A stretch of DNA of 64,000 nt, taken from Planctomycetota bacterium (GTDB taxonomy: Bacteria > Planctomycetota > B15-G4 > SIAN01). The position numbers and the translations under genes were made by a program. The notes beneath the pieces were generated by a model. That model ran no database searches and was not told the DNA's origin. It saw nothing but the letters and a program-made list of their open reading frames with translations. The stretch spans positions 32,001 to 96,000 of the forward strand of contig JANNXA010000022.1 in assembly GCA_031409275.1 (NCBI GenBank), written 5' to 3'. Positions within the stretch are counted from its first letter, which is position 1. Each line of letters opens with the position of its first letter. Positions 1 to 10,384 of this stretch are shown piece after piece.

Positions 1-2
1 AG

Positions 3-917
3 GTCGATGCCGAGCAGGTCACGGTGCTGGCAGGCGGCAAGCCGGCGATCTTCTTCCCGTTCCTGGCGCTGCTCGATGAGGGCGACGAAGCGATCTACCC
101 CAACCCGGGGTTCCCGATCTACGAGTCGATGATCGAGTTCGCCGGTGCCAAGGCGGTGCCGCTGCCGCTGCTCGAGGAGAACCAATTCCGCACCGACGTC
201 GACGAGCTGAAGAAGCGGATCACCTCGAAGACCAAGATCGTCATCATCAACTCGCCGCACAATCCGTGCGGCTCGGTGCTGAAGCCCGACGACGTGAAGC
301 GCATCGCGCAGCTGTGCGCCGAACGCGGGATCTGGCTGTTCACCGACGAGATCTACTGCCGCATCCTCTACGACGAGAAGCACGCCACGCCGCTGCAGTG
401 GGGCGACAAGGACCGCATCATCGTCCTCGACGGCTTCAGCAAGACCTTCGCGATGACCGGATGGCGACTCGGCTACTCGATCGCGCCGGCCGAGCTCGCC
501 GCGAAGATCGCGAAGCTGCAGACCAACTGCAATTCGTGCCCGGCGACCTTCTCCCAGATCGCGGCGGTGGCGGCGCTCAACGGGCCGCAAGATGACGTCG
601 ACGCGATGGTCGCCGAGTTTCGCCGGCGCCGCGACCTCGTCGTGAAGGGGCTGAACGAGCTGCCGGGCGTGAGCTGCGTGGCGCCGCAGGGCGCGTTCTA
701 CGCCTTCGCCAACGTCCGCAACACCGGCGTGCCGTCGCGCGAGCTGCAGCGCGCGCTGCTCGACGAGGCGGGAGTCGGCACGCTGTCGGGAACCGCGTTC
801 GGGGCGCACGGCGAGGGCTACATCCGATTGTCGTACGCCAACTCGCAAGCCAACCTCACCGAGGCGCTGAAACGGATGAAGCACTACCTCACGACGAAGA
901 AGCCGGTCCGCACGTGA
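3..917 (+). CDS. PLP-dependent class I/II aminotransferase (aspartate aminotransferase-like), 5'-truncated by the window edge
   Basis: Motifs [26 protein letters not shown] (PLP Lys), PQGAFY and YIRLSY. The frame is open to the window start. Confidence 0.9.
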   Translation, partial: VDAEQVTVLAGGKPAIFFPFLALLDEGDEAIYPNPGFPIYESMIEFAGAKAVPLPLLEENQFRTDVDELKKRITSKTKIVIINSPHNPCGSVLKPDDVKRIAQLCAERGIWLFTDEIYCRILYDEKHATPLQWGDKDRIIVLDGFSKTFAMTGWRLGYSIAPAELAAKIAKLQTNCNSCPATFSQIAAVAALNGPQDDVDAMVAEFRRRRDLVVKGLNELPGVSCVAPQGAFYAFANVRNTGVPSRELQRALLDEAGVGTLSGTAFGAHGEGYIRLSYANSQANLTEALKRMKHYLTTKKPVRT

Positions 918-1957
918 TGACCGCTCCCGCCGACTTCCGCAGCGACACGGTGACACGACCGTGCGCGGCGATGCGGCAGGCGATGGCGAGCGCGGTGGTC
1001 GGTGACGACGTGTTCGGCGACGATCCGACGGTGAACCGCCTGCAGGAGCGCGTCGCGGCGCAATGCGGCAAGGAGGCGGCCCTCTTCGTGCCCAGCGGCA
1101 CGATGGGCAACCAGATCGCCATCAAGCTCCACACGCAGCCTGGCGAGGAGCTGATCTGCGAAGAGCGCTCGCACGTCTGGGTCAACGAGGCGGGCGGGCT
1201 CGGAATGATCAGCGGGGTCCAGACCAGGACGCTGCCTGGTCCCGACGGCGTGCCGACGCTCGCAGCGCTCGAAGGGGCGATCCGCGACGAGGATGTCCAC
1301 CATCCGCGCAGCGCCTTGATCGTGCTGGAGAACACCCACAACTACGCGGGCGGACGGGTGATTCCGCTGGCGACGATGGTGGCGATCCGCGCGCTCGCGT
1401 TGCGCCGCGGCTTGAAGATTCACCTCGATGGCGCGCGCTTGTGGAATGCGGTGGTCGCGACCGCAACGCCCATCGCGGAGTTCGCGGCGCAGGTCGACAC
1501 CCTGACCTTCTGCTTCTCGAAGGGGCTCTGCTGTCCGGTCGGCTCGATCCTGGTCGGCTCGGCCGATGCGATCGCGCGCGCGCGGCGCCTCCGCAAGGCG
1601 CTCGGTGGCGGCATGCGCCAGGCGGGCATCCTCGCGGCGGCGGCGGAGTTTGCGCTCGACCACCTCGTCGAGCGGCTGGCGGAGGACCACGCCCGCGCAC
1701 GCCAGTTGGCGGCCGGCTTCACGACGATGCGAGGTTGCCGCGTCGATCCGCGCACGGTCGAGACCAATCTGGTCTTCGTCGAGCGCTGCGCGGGCGACGC
1801 GGTCGCGCTCGAGCGACGCCTCGCCGACGACGGCGTGCTGACCATCGCGCTGGCGGCCGATCGGTTGCGGTTCGTGACGCACCGCGACGTCGGCGATCGC
1901 GAGGTCGAGCGAGCGCTGCAGTCGATGGACAAGGCGACGCGCGCGCTCGCCGGTTGA
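914..1957 (+). CDS. ltaE: Low-specificity L-threonine aldolase
   Basis: [35 protein letters not shown] and FSKGL; overlaps the upstream stop codon. Confidence 0.92.
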   Translation: MMTAPADFRSDTVTRPCAAMRQAMASAVVGDDVFGDDPTVNRLQERVAAQCGKEAALFVPSGTMGNQIAIKLHTQPGEELICEERSHVWVNEAGGLGMISGVQTRTLPGPDGVPTLAALEGAIRDEDVHHPRSALIVLENTHNYAGGRVIPLATMVAIRALALRRGLKIHLDGARLWNAVVATATPIAEFAAQVDTLTFCFSKGLCCPVGSILVGSADAIARARRLRKALGGGMRQAGILAAAAEFALDHLVERLAEDHARARQLAAGFTTMRGCRVDPRTVETNLVFVERCAGDAVALERRLADDGVLTIALAADRLRFVTHRDVGDREVERALQSMDKATRALAG

Positions 1958-2023
1958 GTCGAAGGAACCGTCGCGGGCCGTCGCATGGATGGCTCGCGCA
2001 GGATCGGAATGGGGAGAGCACCA

Positions 2024-3358
2024 GTGTCCGTCTTCAAGGCCTATGACATCCGCGGCATCTACCCGACGGAGATCGACGAGAAGCTCGCGTGGAAGATCGG
2101 CGCCGGGCTGGTGCAACTGCTGTCGGCCAAGCGTCTGGTGGTGGGGCGGGACATGCGCCAGTCGGCGCCTTCGATCCAGAAGGCGGTGATCGACGGCATC
2201 ACCGCGCACGGCTGCGACGTGGTCGACATCGGTCTCGTCTCGACACCCATGGCCTACTACGGCATCGGCAGCATCGCGTCGGACGGTGGACTCACGACGA
2301 CCGCATCGCACAACCCGCCGCAGTACATCGGCGCCAAGATCTGCCGCGCGGGCGCGGTGCCGATGTCGAAGGACACCGGCATCGGCGCGCTCGAGCAGAT
2401 GGCGAAGGGCGCGCTCGCGCCGGCGCCAGGCACGAAGCGCGGCTCCGTCTCCTCCGTCGATCTGCGAGCCGGCTACCAGAAGCAGCTGCGCCGCTTCATG
2501 CAGCCGTGGACCGGGATCAAAGCGGTGATCGACACCGCCAATGGAATGGGCGGACTCGAGGTGCCGCTGGTGCTCGAAGGGGCGGGCCTCGACTGGAGCG
2601 GGCTGTTCCTCGAGGTCGATGGCACTTTTCCGAACCACGAGGCCAACCCGCTGAAGGACGAGAACATCGTCGACATCCGCCGCGAGGTGGTGGCGCGCAA
2701 GGCGGCGGTCGGTTTCGCGTACGACGGCGACGCGGATCGCTGCTGCGTGATCGACGAAAAAGGCGAGCGCATCGGCGCCGACCTGATCACGGCGCTCCTG
2801 GCGCGCGAGTTCCTGCGTGCTGAGAAGGGGGCGGCGATCGTCTACGACCTGCGCGCGAGTCGCGTGGTCGCCGAGGAGATCACGGCGCATGGCGGGCGGC
2901 CGCTGCGCGAGCGCGTCGGCCACAGCTTCATCAAGGCGACCATGCGCAAGGAGAACTCGCCATTCGCCGGCGAGCTGTCGGGACACTTCTATTTCCGCGA
3001 CCACTACTTCAGCGACTGCGGGACGCTGGCGATGGTGCACGTGCTCAACGTCATGGCGCGGGAGAAGCGGCCGCTGTCGCAGATCGTCGCGCCGCTGCGC
3101 AAGTACCCGTCGACGGGCGAGGTCAACTTCGAAGTGCACGACGCGGACGCGAAGCTGGCGGAGCTGCGCGCCTATTTCGCCAAAGGCAAGCAGGACGAGC
3201 TCGACGGCATCTCGATCGAGTTCCCCGACTTCTGGTTCAACGTCCGCAAGAGCAACACCGAGCCGCTGCTGCGCCTGATGCTCGAAGCGCGCACGCCCGA
3301 GTTGCTGGCCACGCGCCGCGCGGAGATCGTGAAGCTGATCGGCGGCAAGCCGCACTGA
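2024..3358 (+). CDS. Phosphomannomutase/phosphoglucomutase
   Basis: FKAYDIRG, TASHNP (phospho-Ser), DGDADR (metal loop), GELSGH and SNTEP. GTG start at 2024 follows GGAGAG. Confidence 0.93.
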   Translation: MSVFKAYDIRGIYPTEIDEKLAWKIGAGLVQLLSAKRLVVGRDMRQSAPSIQKAVIDGITAHGCDVVDIGLVSTPMAYYGIGSIASDGGLTTTASHNPPQYIGAKICRAGAVPMSKDTGIGALEQMAKGALAPAPGTKRGSVSSVDLRAGYQKQLRRFMQPWTGIKAVIDTANGMGGLEVPLVLEGAGLDWSGLFLEVDGTFPNHEANPLKDENIVDIRREVVARKAAVGFAYDGDADRCCVIDEKGERIGADLITALLAREFLRAEKGAAIVYDLRASRVVAEEITAHGGRPLRERVGHSFIKATMRKENSPFAGELSGHFYFRDHYFSDCGTLAMVHVLNVMAREKRPLSQIVAPLRKYPSTGEVNFEVHDADAKLAELRAYFAKGKQDELDGISIEFPDFWFNVRKSNTEPLLRLMLEARTPELLATRRAEIVKLIGGKPH

Positions 3359-3404
3359 GCGGCGCGCGGGCGTGACGGCGCGCGCTTGCGCGCACGACGA
3401 ACAA

Positions 3405-3433
3405 GGCGCGTCGCGGGTTCGCCGCGACGCGCC
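3405..3433. terminator. GC-rich hairpin between convergent genes, possibly a bidirectional terminator
   Basis: GGCGCGTCGCGG-GTTCG-CCGCGACGCGCC forms a perfect 12-bp stem. There is no clear U-tract. Confidence 0.45.
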
Positions 3434-3496
3434 ATCGGTGTTCAGTCTAGGCGGCGCATCCTCCGAGGAGGACGTCCGCGCTGGTGATGTGCTGGA

Positions 3497-5221
3497 TCAG
3501 AAGAGGTAGTAGAGCTCGGGCAGGAAGGTCAGGCTCATCGTGTAGTTGTGGTCGCGGGCGAACGTCGCGGCGAGCGGTGCGCGTGCCTCGTCGCACAGCA
3601 TTCCGAGCGACGCCGTGGCGTAGGCGCGCGCGTAGTCGATCTCGTCCTTGCGCTTGGCCGCTTCGAGCAGGAAGGGCGCGGCGTCGCGGTCGCCGATCGC
3701 CCCGAGCGCGTGCAGGTAGCCGGCGCGGCTGATCAAGTCGCGGTCCTTGCGCGAGAGCTCCTCGATCAGCGCGACGGCGCCACGGTCATCGAGCAGCGCG
3801 AGGCCGACGGCGGTCCAGTGCAGCACCTGCGGATCGTTGGCCTCGGCGAGCTGCTTCTTCAGTGCCGGCGCTGCGTCCTGCACGCCGAGCCGTCCGACCG
3901 CGAACGCGAGGTAGCCGCGCAGCGCGGGATCGCTCTCGTTCTCGAAAGCGGCGAAGAGTTCGCTCCCGGCCTCCTTCTGGTCGAGCAGCGCGATGGCGAT
4001 CGCGAGCGCGCCACGAAGCGAAGCGGTCGCCTCCTGCTTGAACTGCGCCATCAGCTCGGGCAGCGCCGACTGGTAGCCGGAGAGGCCGATCGCCAGTGCG
4101 ACGAAGGGGCGCTCGCGCGTCGAGACGCTCTTCAGGCGCAACTTGAGGCGCTCGACGATCGCGGGCGCGCCGAGGCTCGCGATGCGGCCCAGGGAGAGGT
4201 GGCTGAACGAGCGCACCACGCCATCCGAGTCGTCGTTCGCCGCGCGTTCGAGCGCGCGCACGACGTCGGCGTCGTCCGGATGGGCGACGGCGCCGAGCGC
4301 GATGGCGGCGCTGCGGCGCAGCGGAGTCGCGTCGGCCGTCAGCGCCGTGATGAGCGAAGGGTTCGCCGCGCGATCGCCGATGCGACCGAGCGCTTCGACC
4401 GCCAACGCCTGCTGGAAATCATCGTGACCGCGCGCCTGCAAGTAGCTGCGCAGGAAGGGCGCATTGCCCGGATCGCGAGCCAATCCGAGCGCGTAGATCG
4501 CGGCCTGCTGCAGCGTGTGCGGCAGGCGGCTCTCGACGCCGCCCGCGAGCGAGTCGCGCAGCACGGCGTTGGCTTCCGGAACGCCGCTGATCCCGAGCGC
4601 CACCGCGGCCATCGAGCGCGTCTCGTCGGGCACTCGCTCGTCGTGGAAGGTGGTGCGCAGCCGGTCGGTCGCCTTCGGATTGCGTGCGAGGCCGAGCGCC
4701 AGCACGGCGTTGGTCCGCACGGAAAGCGACGGATCGCCGACCGCGGCGTTGCTCAGGTAGGGCAGCGTCGACTCATCCTCGAGGCGCGCGAGCGCGTAGA
4801 CCGCCGCCGATCGCACGAGTTCGTCGTCGTCACGCAGCAGCTGTACGAGCGCCGGCAGCAGGAGCTGGGCGCGATCGTCGGGCAGGAGCGGGGCGAAGGC
4901 GGCGCTGCCGGCGGCCGGGATCGCATTGCGAAGGCTCGGACGGAGGTTCACGTAGGCGTCGTGGTTGAACTCCCACCAGAACTCCCACCGCTCCTCGCTG
5001 AACGCGAGCGTCGGCGCGCTGCCGGGCACCGCGGAGGCGGTCTCGCGCGCCGCGATCCCGCCGGGGGCGTTGGCGTTGGGATTCCCCGTCGGGGGCGGCG
5101 GCGACTGCTGGCCACCTCCCGATTGACGGAACAAACCCCCATGCGCGCTGGCGTCGTGTGCGCATGCAAACCAGCTCGAGAGGACGAAGAGAGCGATCAC
5201 CCCACTGCGACTCATGGCCAT
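3497..5221 (-). CDS. Exported HEAT/PBS-lyase repeat protein
   Basis: Signal peptide ending ASA|HGG; many repeats such as VRSAAVYALARL, LRRSAAIALG and VEALGRIGD. The true start is 5221 or 5215; the upstream part of the long ORF is larC antisense. Confidence 0.85.
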   Translation of the reverse strand: MAMSRSGVIALFVLSSWFACAHDASAHGGLFRQSGGGQQSPPPPTGNPNANAPGGIAARETASAVPGSAPTLAFSEERWEFWWEFNHDAYVNLRPSLRNAIPAAGSAAFAPLLPDDRAQLLLPALVQLLRDDDELVRSAAVYALARLEDESTLPYLSNAAVGDPSLSVRTNAVLALGLARNPKATDRLRTTFHDERVPDETRSMAAVALGISGVPEANAVLRDSLAGGVESRLPHTLQQAAIYALGLARDPGNAPFLRSYLQARGHDDFQQALAVEALGRIGDRAANPSLITALTADATPLRRSAAIALGAVAHPDDADVVRALERAANDDSDGVVRSFSHLSLGRIASLGAPAIVERLKLRLKSVSTRERPFVALAIGLSGYQSALPELMAQFKQEATASLRGALAIAIALLDQKEAGSELFAAFENESDPALRGYLAFAVGRLGVQDAAPALKKQLAEANDPQVLHWTAVGLALLDDRGAVALIEELSRKDRDLISRAGYLHALGAIGDRDAAPFLLEAAKRKDEIDYARAYATASLGMLCDEARAPLAATFARDHNYTMSLTFLPELYYLF

Positions 5222-5434
5222 GCTCCGCGCCGGCACTGGCTCCCGCCGGTCCGCCCCTTTTCGGCTGCGCTTCGTTACGCATTCATTGCAGAAGCGCGCA
5301 ACGGAACGGCTTGCCGATCCCGGAGCGGCGCCGAGCCCCATCCGGCACGCTTCTCCTAGCGAAGCGCGCGCCGTCGGCCGGTTCGCCGGGGCGCGTAAGA
5401 TCCTCCGCCCTTCCCGCCTGCGGAGCGCGCCACG

Positions 5435-6637
5435 ATGTCGTCCCTCTACTTCGACTGCTTCTCGGGTGCCGCCGGCGACATGCTCGTCGCCGCGCTGCTC
5501 GATCTCGGCGCGTCGTTCGAGGAACTCGAAGCCGACCTGTCTTCCCTCGGCGTGGCCGGCTTCAAGCTCGCGCGCGAGAAGAAGTGGCAGGGCGGGCTCG
5601 CCGGCACGCGCTTCCACGTGCAACTCGACCCGCAGACGAAGCCGCCGCGCCGCAATCTGCGCGACATCCTGGCGTTGATCGAGCGCAGCCCGTTGCCGCC
5701 GGCCGTGAAGCGCAACGCCTCGCGCGTCTTCGAGCGGATCGGTACGGCGGAAGCGAAGGTGCACGGCTGCGCGATCGACGAGGTTCACTTCCACGAAGTG
5801 GGAGCGCTCGACTCGATCGCCGACGTCGTGGGCTTCTGCGCGCTCCATCACCGGCTCGGATCGCCGCGCCTCTTCTGTTCCCCGATCGCCACCGGAGAAG
5901 GGTTCGTGATCACCGAGCACGGCCTGCTGCCGGTGCCGGCGCTCGCGACGCTCGAACTCCTCGCGGGTGTCCCCATCGTCAGCGGGGGGCTGCAGGAGGA
6001 GCTCTGCACCCCGACCGGGGCGGCGTTGCTGTCGACGCTCTGCGAAGGGTTCGGCCGCGACTTCGCCTACATCCCGCGCCGGGTCGGTTACGGATTGGGC
6101 ACGCGCGTGCGCGAGAGTCCGCCCAACGCGGTCCGCGTGGTCGCCTGCGAGATGGCCGCGCCGGCGGGGGAGAGCGTCGTCGTGCTCGAGACGAACCTCG
6201 ACGACGCCACCGGTCAGGAGCTTGGCCGTTTGATCGAGCGCTGTCTCGAGCAGGGCGCACTCGACGTGGTGGTGCTGCCCGTGACGATGAAGAAAGGGCG
6301 ACCGGGCCATGTGCTGCAGGTGCTGGCGCTCGACGCCGCCGCGCCCGCGATCGAGGAGCTGCTGCTGCTCGATTCGCCCACGCTCGGAGTGCGCCGCACG
6401 CGGGCGAGCCGTCGCATCCTGCCGCGCCACGCGGAGACGGCGGCCACCTCGTTTGGCCCGGTGAACGTGAAGGTCGCGCAGCTTCCGGACGGCTCGCGCC
6501 GGGTGGTGCCGGAGTTCGACGAGCTCGATCGCCTCGCGCGCGCGCACGCGCTGCCTCTCGCCGCGGTACGGCGACGGCTGGCGGCGGAACTCGAGGGCAG
6601 CGGCGGCGACGGGGCCGGGACGCGGACTTCGCGCTGA
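5435..6637 (+). CDS. larC: Nickel-pincer cofactor biosynthesis protein LarC
   Basis: YFDCFSGAAGDM, VHFHEVGALDSIAD, ELCTPTGAA, LETNLDD, MKKGRPG and PEFDE. Confidence 0.93.
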   Translation: MSSLYFDCFSGAAGDMLVAALLDLGASFEELEADLSSLGVAGFKLAREKKWQGGLAGTRFHVQLDPQTKPPRRNLRDILALIERSPLPPAVKRNASRVFERIGTAEAKVHGCAIDEVHFHEVGALDSIADVVGFCALHHRLGSPRLFCSPIATGEGFVITEHGLLPVPALATLELLAGVPIVSGGLQEELCTPTGAALLSTLCEGFGRDFAYIPRRVGYGLGTRVRESPPNAVRVVACEMAAPAGESVVVLETNLDDATGQELGRLIERCLEQGALDVVVLPVTMKKGRPGHVLQVLALDAAAPAIEELLLLDSPTLGVRRTRASRRILPRHAETAATSFGPVNVKVAQLPDGSRRVVPEFDELDRLARAHALPLAAVRRRLAAELEGSGGDGAGTRTSR

Positions 6638-6659
6638 GCGAAGCGGCGAAGCGCGCCGA

Positions 6660-7766
6660 TCAGCGCGGCTCGAGCCAGTTCCAGTCGTGCGGCCGCCCGC
6701 TCTCGATCTCGTCGCGCAGGTCGGCGAGCAGGCGCGCGAAGAAGAAGAGGTTGTGCTCGGTGGCGAGGATCGGGCCGAGCATCTCGTCGGCCTGGAAGAG
6801 GTGGCGCAGGTAGGCGCGGCTGTGGCGGCTGCAGGCGGTGCAGTCGCAGCCCGCCTCGATCGGTTCGGCGCTGCGCGCATGTTCCGCGTTGCGGATCTTG
6901 ACGACGCCGTTGCGGGCGAAGAGGAAGCCGTTGCGGGCGTTGCGGGTGGGCAGCACGCAGTCGAACAGGTCGATGCCGGCGTGCACGGCGGCGACGAGCT
7001 CGCGCGGGCTGCCGACGCCCATCAAGTAGCGCGGCTTGGCGTCCGGGAGCAGCGGCGCGAACTCCTGCGCCTCTTCGCGAATGGTGTCGGCATCCTCGCC
7101 GACCGCGATGCCGCCGAGCGCGTAGCCGTCGAACGGTTCGGCGGCGAGCGCATCGGCCATCGAGCGTCGCAGCGCCGCATCGCGGCCACCCTGGACGATC
7201 GCGAAGCAGGCGCGTTCCTCGCCGAGTTGTCGGTGCGCGCGCAGCGAGCGGCGCGCCCAGAGCAGGCTTCGCGCGACGGCGCGTTCGAGCTCGGCGCGCG
7301 GCGCTGCGGCGGGCGGACATTCGTCGAGCACCATGGCGATGTCCGAGTCGAGCGCGTGCTGGATCGCCATCGCGCGCTCCGGCGTGAGGCGAACTTCGCT
7401 GCCGTCGAGGTGGGAACGGAAGGTCACGCCGGCGTCATCGACTTCCCGTCGTTGCGCGAGGCTGAAGACCTGGAAGCCACCGCTGTCGGTCAGCACGATC
7501 CCGGGATAGTCCATGAAGCGATGCAGGCCGCCGAGCGCGCGCACCGTCTCCTCGCCGGGGCGCAGCGCGAGGTGGTAGGTGTTGGCCAGCAGCGCGTGGA
7601 AACCGAAGCCTGCGAGCCGGCCGCCGGCGATGCCCTTCAGAGTCCCTTGCGTCGCGACCGGCATGAACGCCGGCGTCGGCGTCGAGCGGCCGCGCACGGT
7701 CAGCGTGCCGCGCCGCGCCGCGCCGACGCGCGCGTGGATCTCGAAGTGGAGCCGTGCGGCGCTCAC
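6660..7766 (-). CDS. tgt: tRNA-guanine transglycosylase (bacterial type)
   Basis: TPAFMPVAT, NTYHL, DSGGFQVFSL, LDEC, YLMGVG, FDCVLPTRNARNG and the Zn site CDCTAC..H. The GTG start overlaps the spoIID stop. Confidence 0.96.
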   Translation of the reverse strand: MSAARLHFEIHARVGAARRGTLTVRGRSTPTPAFMPVATQGTLKGIAGGRLAGFGFHALLANTYHLALRPGEETVRALGGLHRFMDYPGIVLTDSGGFQVFSLAQRREVDDAGVTFRSHLDGSEVRLTPERAMAIQHALDSDIAMVLDECPPAAAPRAELERAVARSLLWARRSLRAHRQLGEERACFAIVQGGRDAALRRSMADALAAEPFDGYALGGIAVGEDADTIREEAQEFAPLLPDAKPRYLMGVGSPRELVAAVHAGIDLFDCVLPTRNARNGFLFARNGVVKIRNAEHARSAEPIEAGCDCTACSRHSRAYLRHLFQADEMLGPILATEHNLFFFARLLADLRDEIESGRPHDWNWLEPR

Positions 7767-8965
7767 CAGCGCTTCACCAGCTGCGCGCCGCGGTAGTAGT
7801 AGCTGACGATCTCGCGCCACTTCTTGCCGGCGGCGCCGAGGCCGGCCGCGCCGTACTGGCAGAGGCCGACGCCGTGACCGAAGCCGGCGCCTTCGAACGT
7901 CACGCCACCGCGCGCCACGTCGAGTCGGCGCGCCCAGGCGCTCGGCAGCTTCTCGCCGTCAGTCCTGGCGCCCGCGTTCCAGAGGCGCCGGAACTCCTGG
8001 CTCTCGAACTTCTTGTTGCCGCCGCTCGAGCGGACGGTGAAGCGCAACGCATGGGCGAAGCGGTCGCGCTCGACGTCGATGGCGGAGAGGCCGCTGACCT
8101 TCAAGCGACGCTCGAGTTCCGCGAGCGTGAGGGTGCGCGTCCAGCGGTATTTGGGCGAGGCGGAGCACCACTCGCACTCGACGCCCACGAGTCCGGCGCG
8201 GCCGGCGTCACGGAAGACCTCGGGTCCGTCGACGGTGGCGCCGCCACACGTGCTCATGAAGAAGGAGCAGAGCGGCTTGCCGTCGGCTTCGAGCACATGG
8301 CCACGGGTCGCGGCGACGAGAGCGCGCGCGCGATCATGCTTGGGGCCGGCACCGCCATAGACCTGGTCGGCATCGGTCGCTCGCAGCAACGTCTCGCCGT
8401 GGTCGAGTCGCCAACGAGCGTAGGTGCGCGCCGCCACGGTCTGCGCCTTCAAGGCTTCATCCGGGAAGCTCGACGGCATCTCGGAGAAGAGGACGCCCGC
8501 GACGTACTCCTCGATGTCGAGGACGTTGCTCACCTCGATGCGCCCACGGGCGTCGCGGCGAATGCGCAGGTCGCCGGCGAAGCTCTTCCCCTGGTAGCGG
8601 AAGAAGTCGTCGGAACGAGGTTCGAGGCGCAGCTCACTGGTTGCGAAGGCGACGCCATTCAAGTCGAGGCCGTTGCCGCTGGCGCGCAGCCGGCCGGAGG
8701 TGAGGCGGCGGCCTTCCGCGAGCGAGTTGCCGCCGGCGTCCGCGACGCGATACGCGCCATCGCAGGCGACATCGACGCTGGCGAGGTCGCGTTCGAGCAG
8801 CACCTGCACTTCAGGAATGCGGGCGATGGCGCGCGGGCTCGTGCAGCGCACGAAGATCAGCGCGCACGCTGCGACGAGCGTCGCCAAGGTCGCGGCACGG
8901 CGTGGCATCGCAAGCCACTTGGTGCCTCGCTGGAGCGATCGGGGCAGGCGCAACCTACGCTTCAT
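7763..8965 (-). CDS. SpoIID/LytB domain lytic-transglycosylase-like protein
   Basis: EEYVAGVLFSEM, EALKAQTVAARTYA, DQVYGG, STCGG and GFGHGVGLCQYGA. An alternative start exists at 8908. Confidence 0.9.
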   Translation of the reverse strand: MKRRLRLPRSLQRGTKWLAMPRRAATLATLVAACALIFVRCTSPRAIARIPEVQVLLERDLASVDVACDGAYRVADAGGNSLAEGRRLTSGRLRASGNGLDLNGVAFATSELRLEPRSDDFFRYQGKSFAGDLRIRRDARGRIEVSNVLDIEEYVAGVLFSEMPSSFPDEALKAQTVAARTYARWRLDHGETLLRATDADQVYGGAGPKHDRARALVAATRGHVLEADGKPLCSFFMSTCGGATVDGPEVFRDAGRAGLVGVECEWCSASPKYRWTRTLTLAELERRLKVSGLSAIDVERDRFAHALRFTVRSSGGNKKFESQEFRRLWNAGARTDGEKLPSAWARRLDVARGGVTFEGAGFGHGVGLCQYGAAGLGAAGKKWREIVSYYYRGAQLVKRW

Positions 8966-9971
8966 GAGCGGGCGCCCCTGCGGAGGGATGGGTCAGGCAC
9001 CAATCGCGACCGCGCGGCGTGAGCTCGCGGCCACGCGGCGTCTTGCGGATCAGCTCGAGGCGCAGCAGATGCGGCTCGTAGACCTCTTCGATCGTCTCGT
9101 CCGCCTCGCCGACGCCGGCGCCGATCGTCTTCAAGCCAAGCGAGCCGTGATCGGCGCGGTGCAGCAGGCCGAGGATGCGCCGGTCCGTCTCTTCGAGGCC
9201 GAGGTCGTCGATCCCCAATCGCGCGAGCCCTTCGACGGCGAGCGGCAGGTCGACGAGCGGGACGCCACGAACCTGCGCGAGATCGCGCAAGCGGCGCAGC
9301 AGTCGATTGGCGATCCGCGGCGTTCCGCGCGCGCGCTCGGCGATGCACGTCGCGGCGGCCGCGTGGAGCGGCAGCTGCAGGATCCGCGACGTACGCTGGA
9401 GGATCTGGATCAGGTGTTCGACCGGATAGGCCTCGAGCTTCTCGTGGATGCCGAAGCGCCCGCGGAACGCAGCCGTCAAGCGTCCTTCGCGAGTCGTCGC
9501 GCCGACCAACGTGAAGGGTTGAATCGGCAGTCGCACCGTGCGCGCGCCAAGTCCCTGATCGATCGGGACATCGACGACGAAGTCCTCCATCGCGCTGTAG
9601 AGGTACTCCTCGACGGCGATCGGCAGTCGATGCACTTCGTCGATGAAGAGCAGATCGCCGCGTTCGAGTCCCGTGAGCAGACCGGCGAGGTCGGCGGGGC
9701 GTGCGAGCGCTGGACCGGAGGTGTTGTGCAGGCGGCTGCCGCATTCGCGCGCGAGCAGGGTGCAGAGCGTCGTCTTGCCGAGGCCCGGCAAGCCCGACAG
9801 CAGCACGTGGTCGAGTGGTTCGCCGCGCATGCGAGTGGCCTGAACCGCGATGCGCAGGTTTTCGACCGTGCGTTCCTGCCCGACGAACTCGTCGAGCGTT
9901 CGGGGGCGCAACGCCCCCTCGTCGGGCGCGTCCTCAGCCCGGTTCAATTGCGCGAACGTGCTGGCGATCAT
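8955..9971 (-). CDS. ruvB: Holliday junction branch migration helicase RuvB
   Basis: LRPRTLDEFVGQ, GLPGLGKTT, FIDEVHRL, LYSAMED, GATTR, RGTPRIANRLL and TPRGR. Confidence 0.97.
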   Translation of the reverse strand: MIASTFAQLNRAEDAPDEGALRPRTLDEFVGQERTVENLRIAVQATRMRGEPLDHVLLSGLPGLGKTTLCTLLARECGSRLHNTSGPALARPADLAGLLTGLERGDLLFIDEVHRLPIAVEEYLYSAMEDFVVDVPIDQGLGARTVRLPIQPFTLVGATTREGRLTAAFRGRFGIHEKLEAYPVEHLIQILQRTSRILQLPLHAAAATCIAERARGTPRIANRLLRRLRDLAQVRGVPLVDLPLAVEGLARLGIDDLGLEETDRRILGLLHRADHGSLGLKTIGAGVGEADETIEEVYEPHLLRLELIRKTPRGRELTPRGRDWCLTHPSAGAPAHEA

Positions 9972-10384
9972 GCGACCCCCGCCTGACGAAGCCGATCCCT
10001 CCCCAGGGACGGTGCCGCATCGATCGCTGAAGCGCCGGCGGCACGAGGGCGGAAGCTATCGGTGGCGTTCCGCAGCAGCAAGGAAGCACGCCGGGCGCCT
10101 CACGCGCCGGATCGGCTTCCCCGAGCGGATCCGCTCTCGCCGCCGGGAGATTCCTTGAGTCACGCCACCTCAGGGTCGCGGCTACAACTCGGCACGCTAG
10201 GTGATGAGGAAGTCACTCCCGGAGGGGTGCTCGACGAGCTTGGCTTTGACCCGCCCCGGGGAAGCGCGTACAAGGTCGCGTTCTTGTCCAAGGCGGCGCC
10301 GTGCGATGGAGCGCGCAGTGACGGACTGCGTGGCTCGCTTGGCGCCCCCCGCGGATGGACCGACGACCCAGGAGAGCTGGAACG

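Noticed and set aside
884..3355. 823-aa minus-strand ORF, and similar long ORFs (10160-13216, 13871-15955, 43168-45432, 51225-53645)
   Set aside because: These are antisense shadows of well-supported genes. They are expected at high GC3 and carry no recognisable motifs.
5222..6880. N-terminal ~550 aa of the 1127-aa ORF, which looks like a giant fusion
   Set aside because: It is larC antisense. The real HEAT protein starts with a signal peptide at about 5221.
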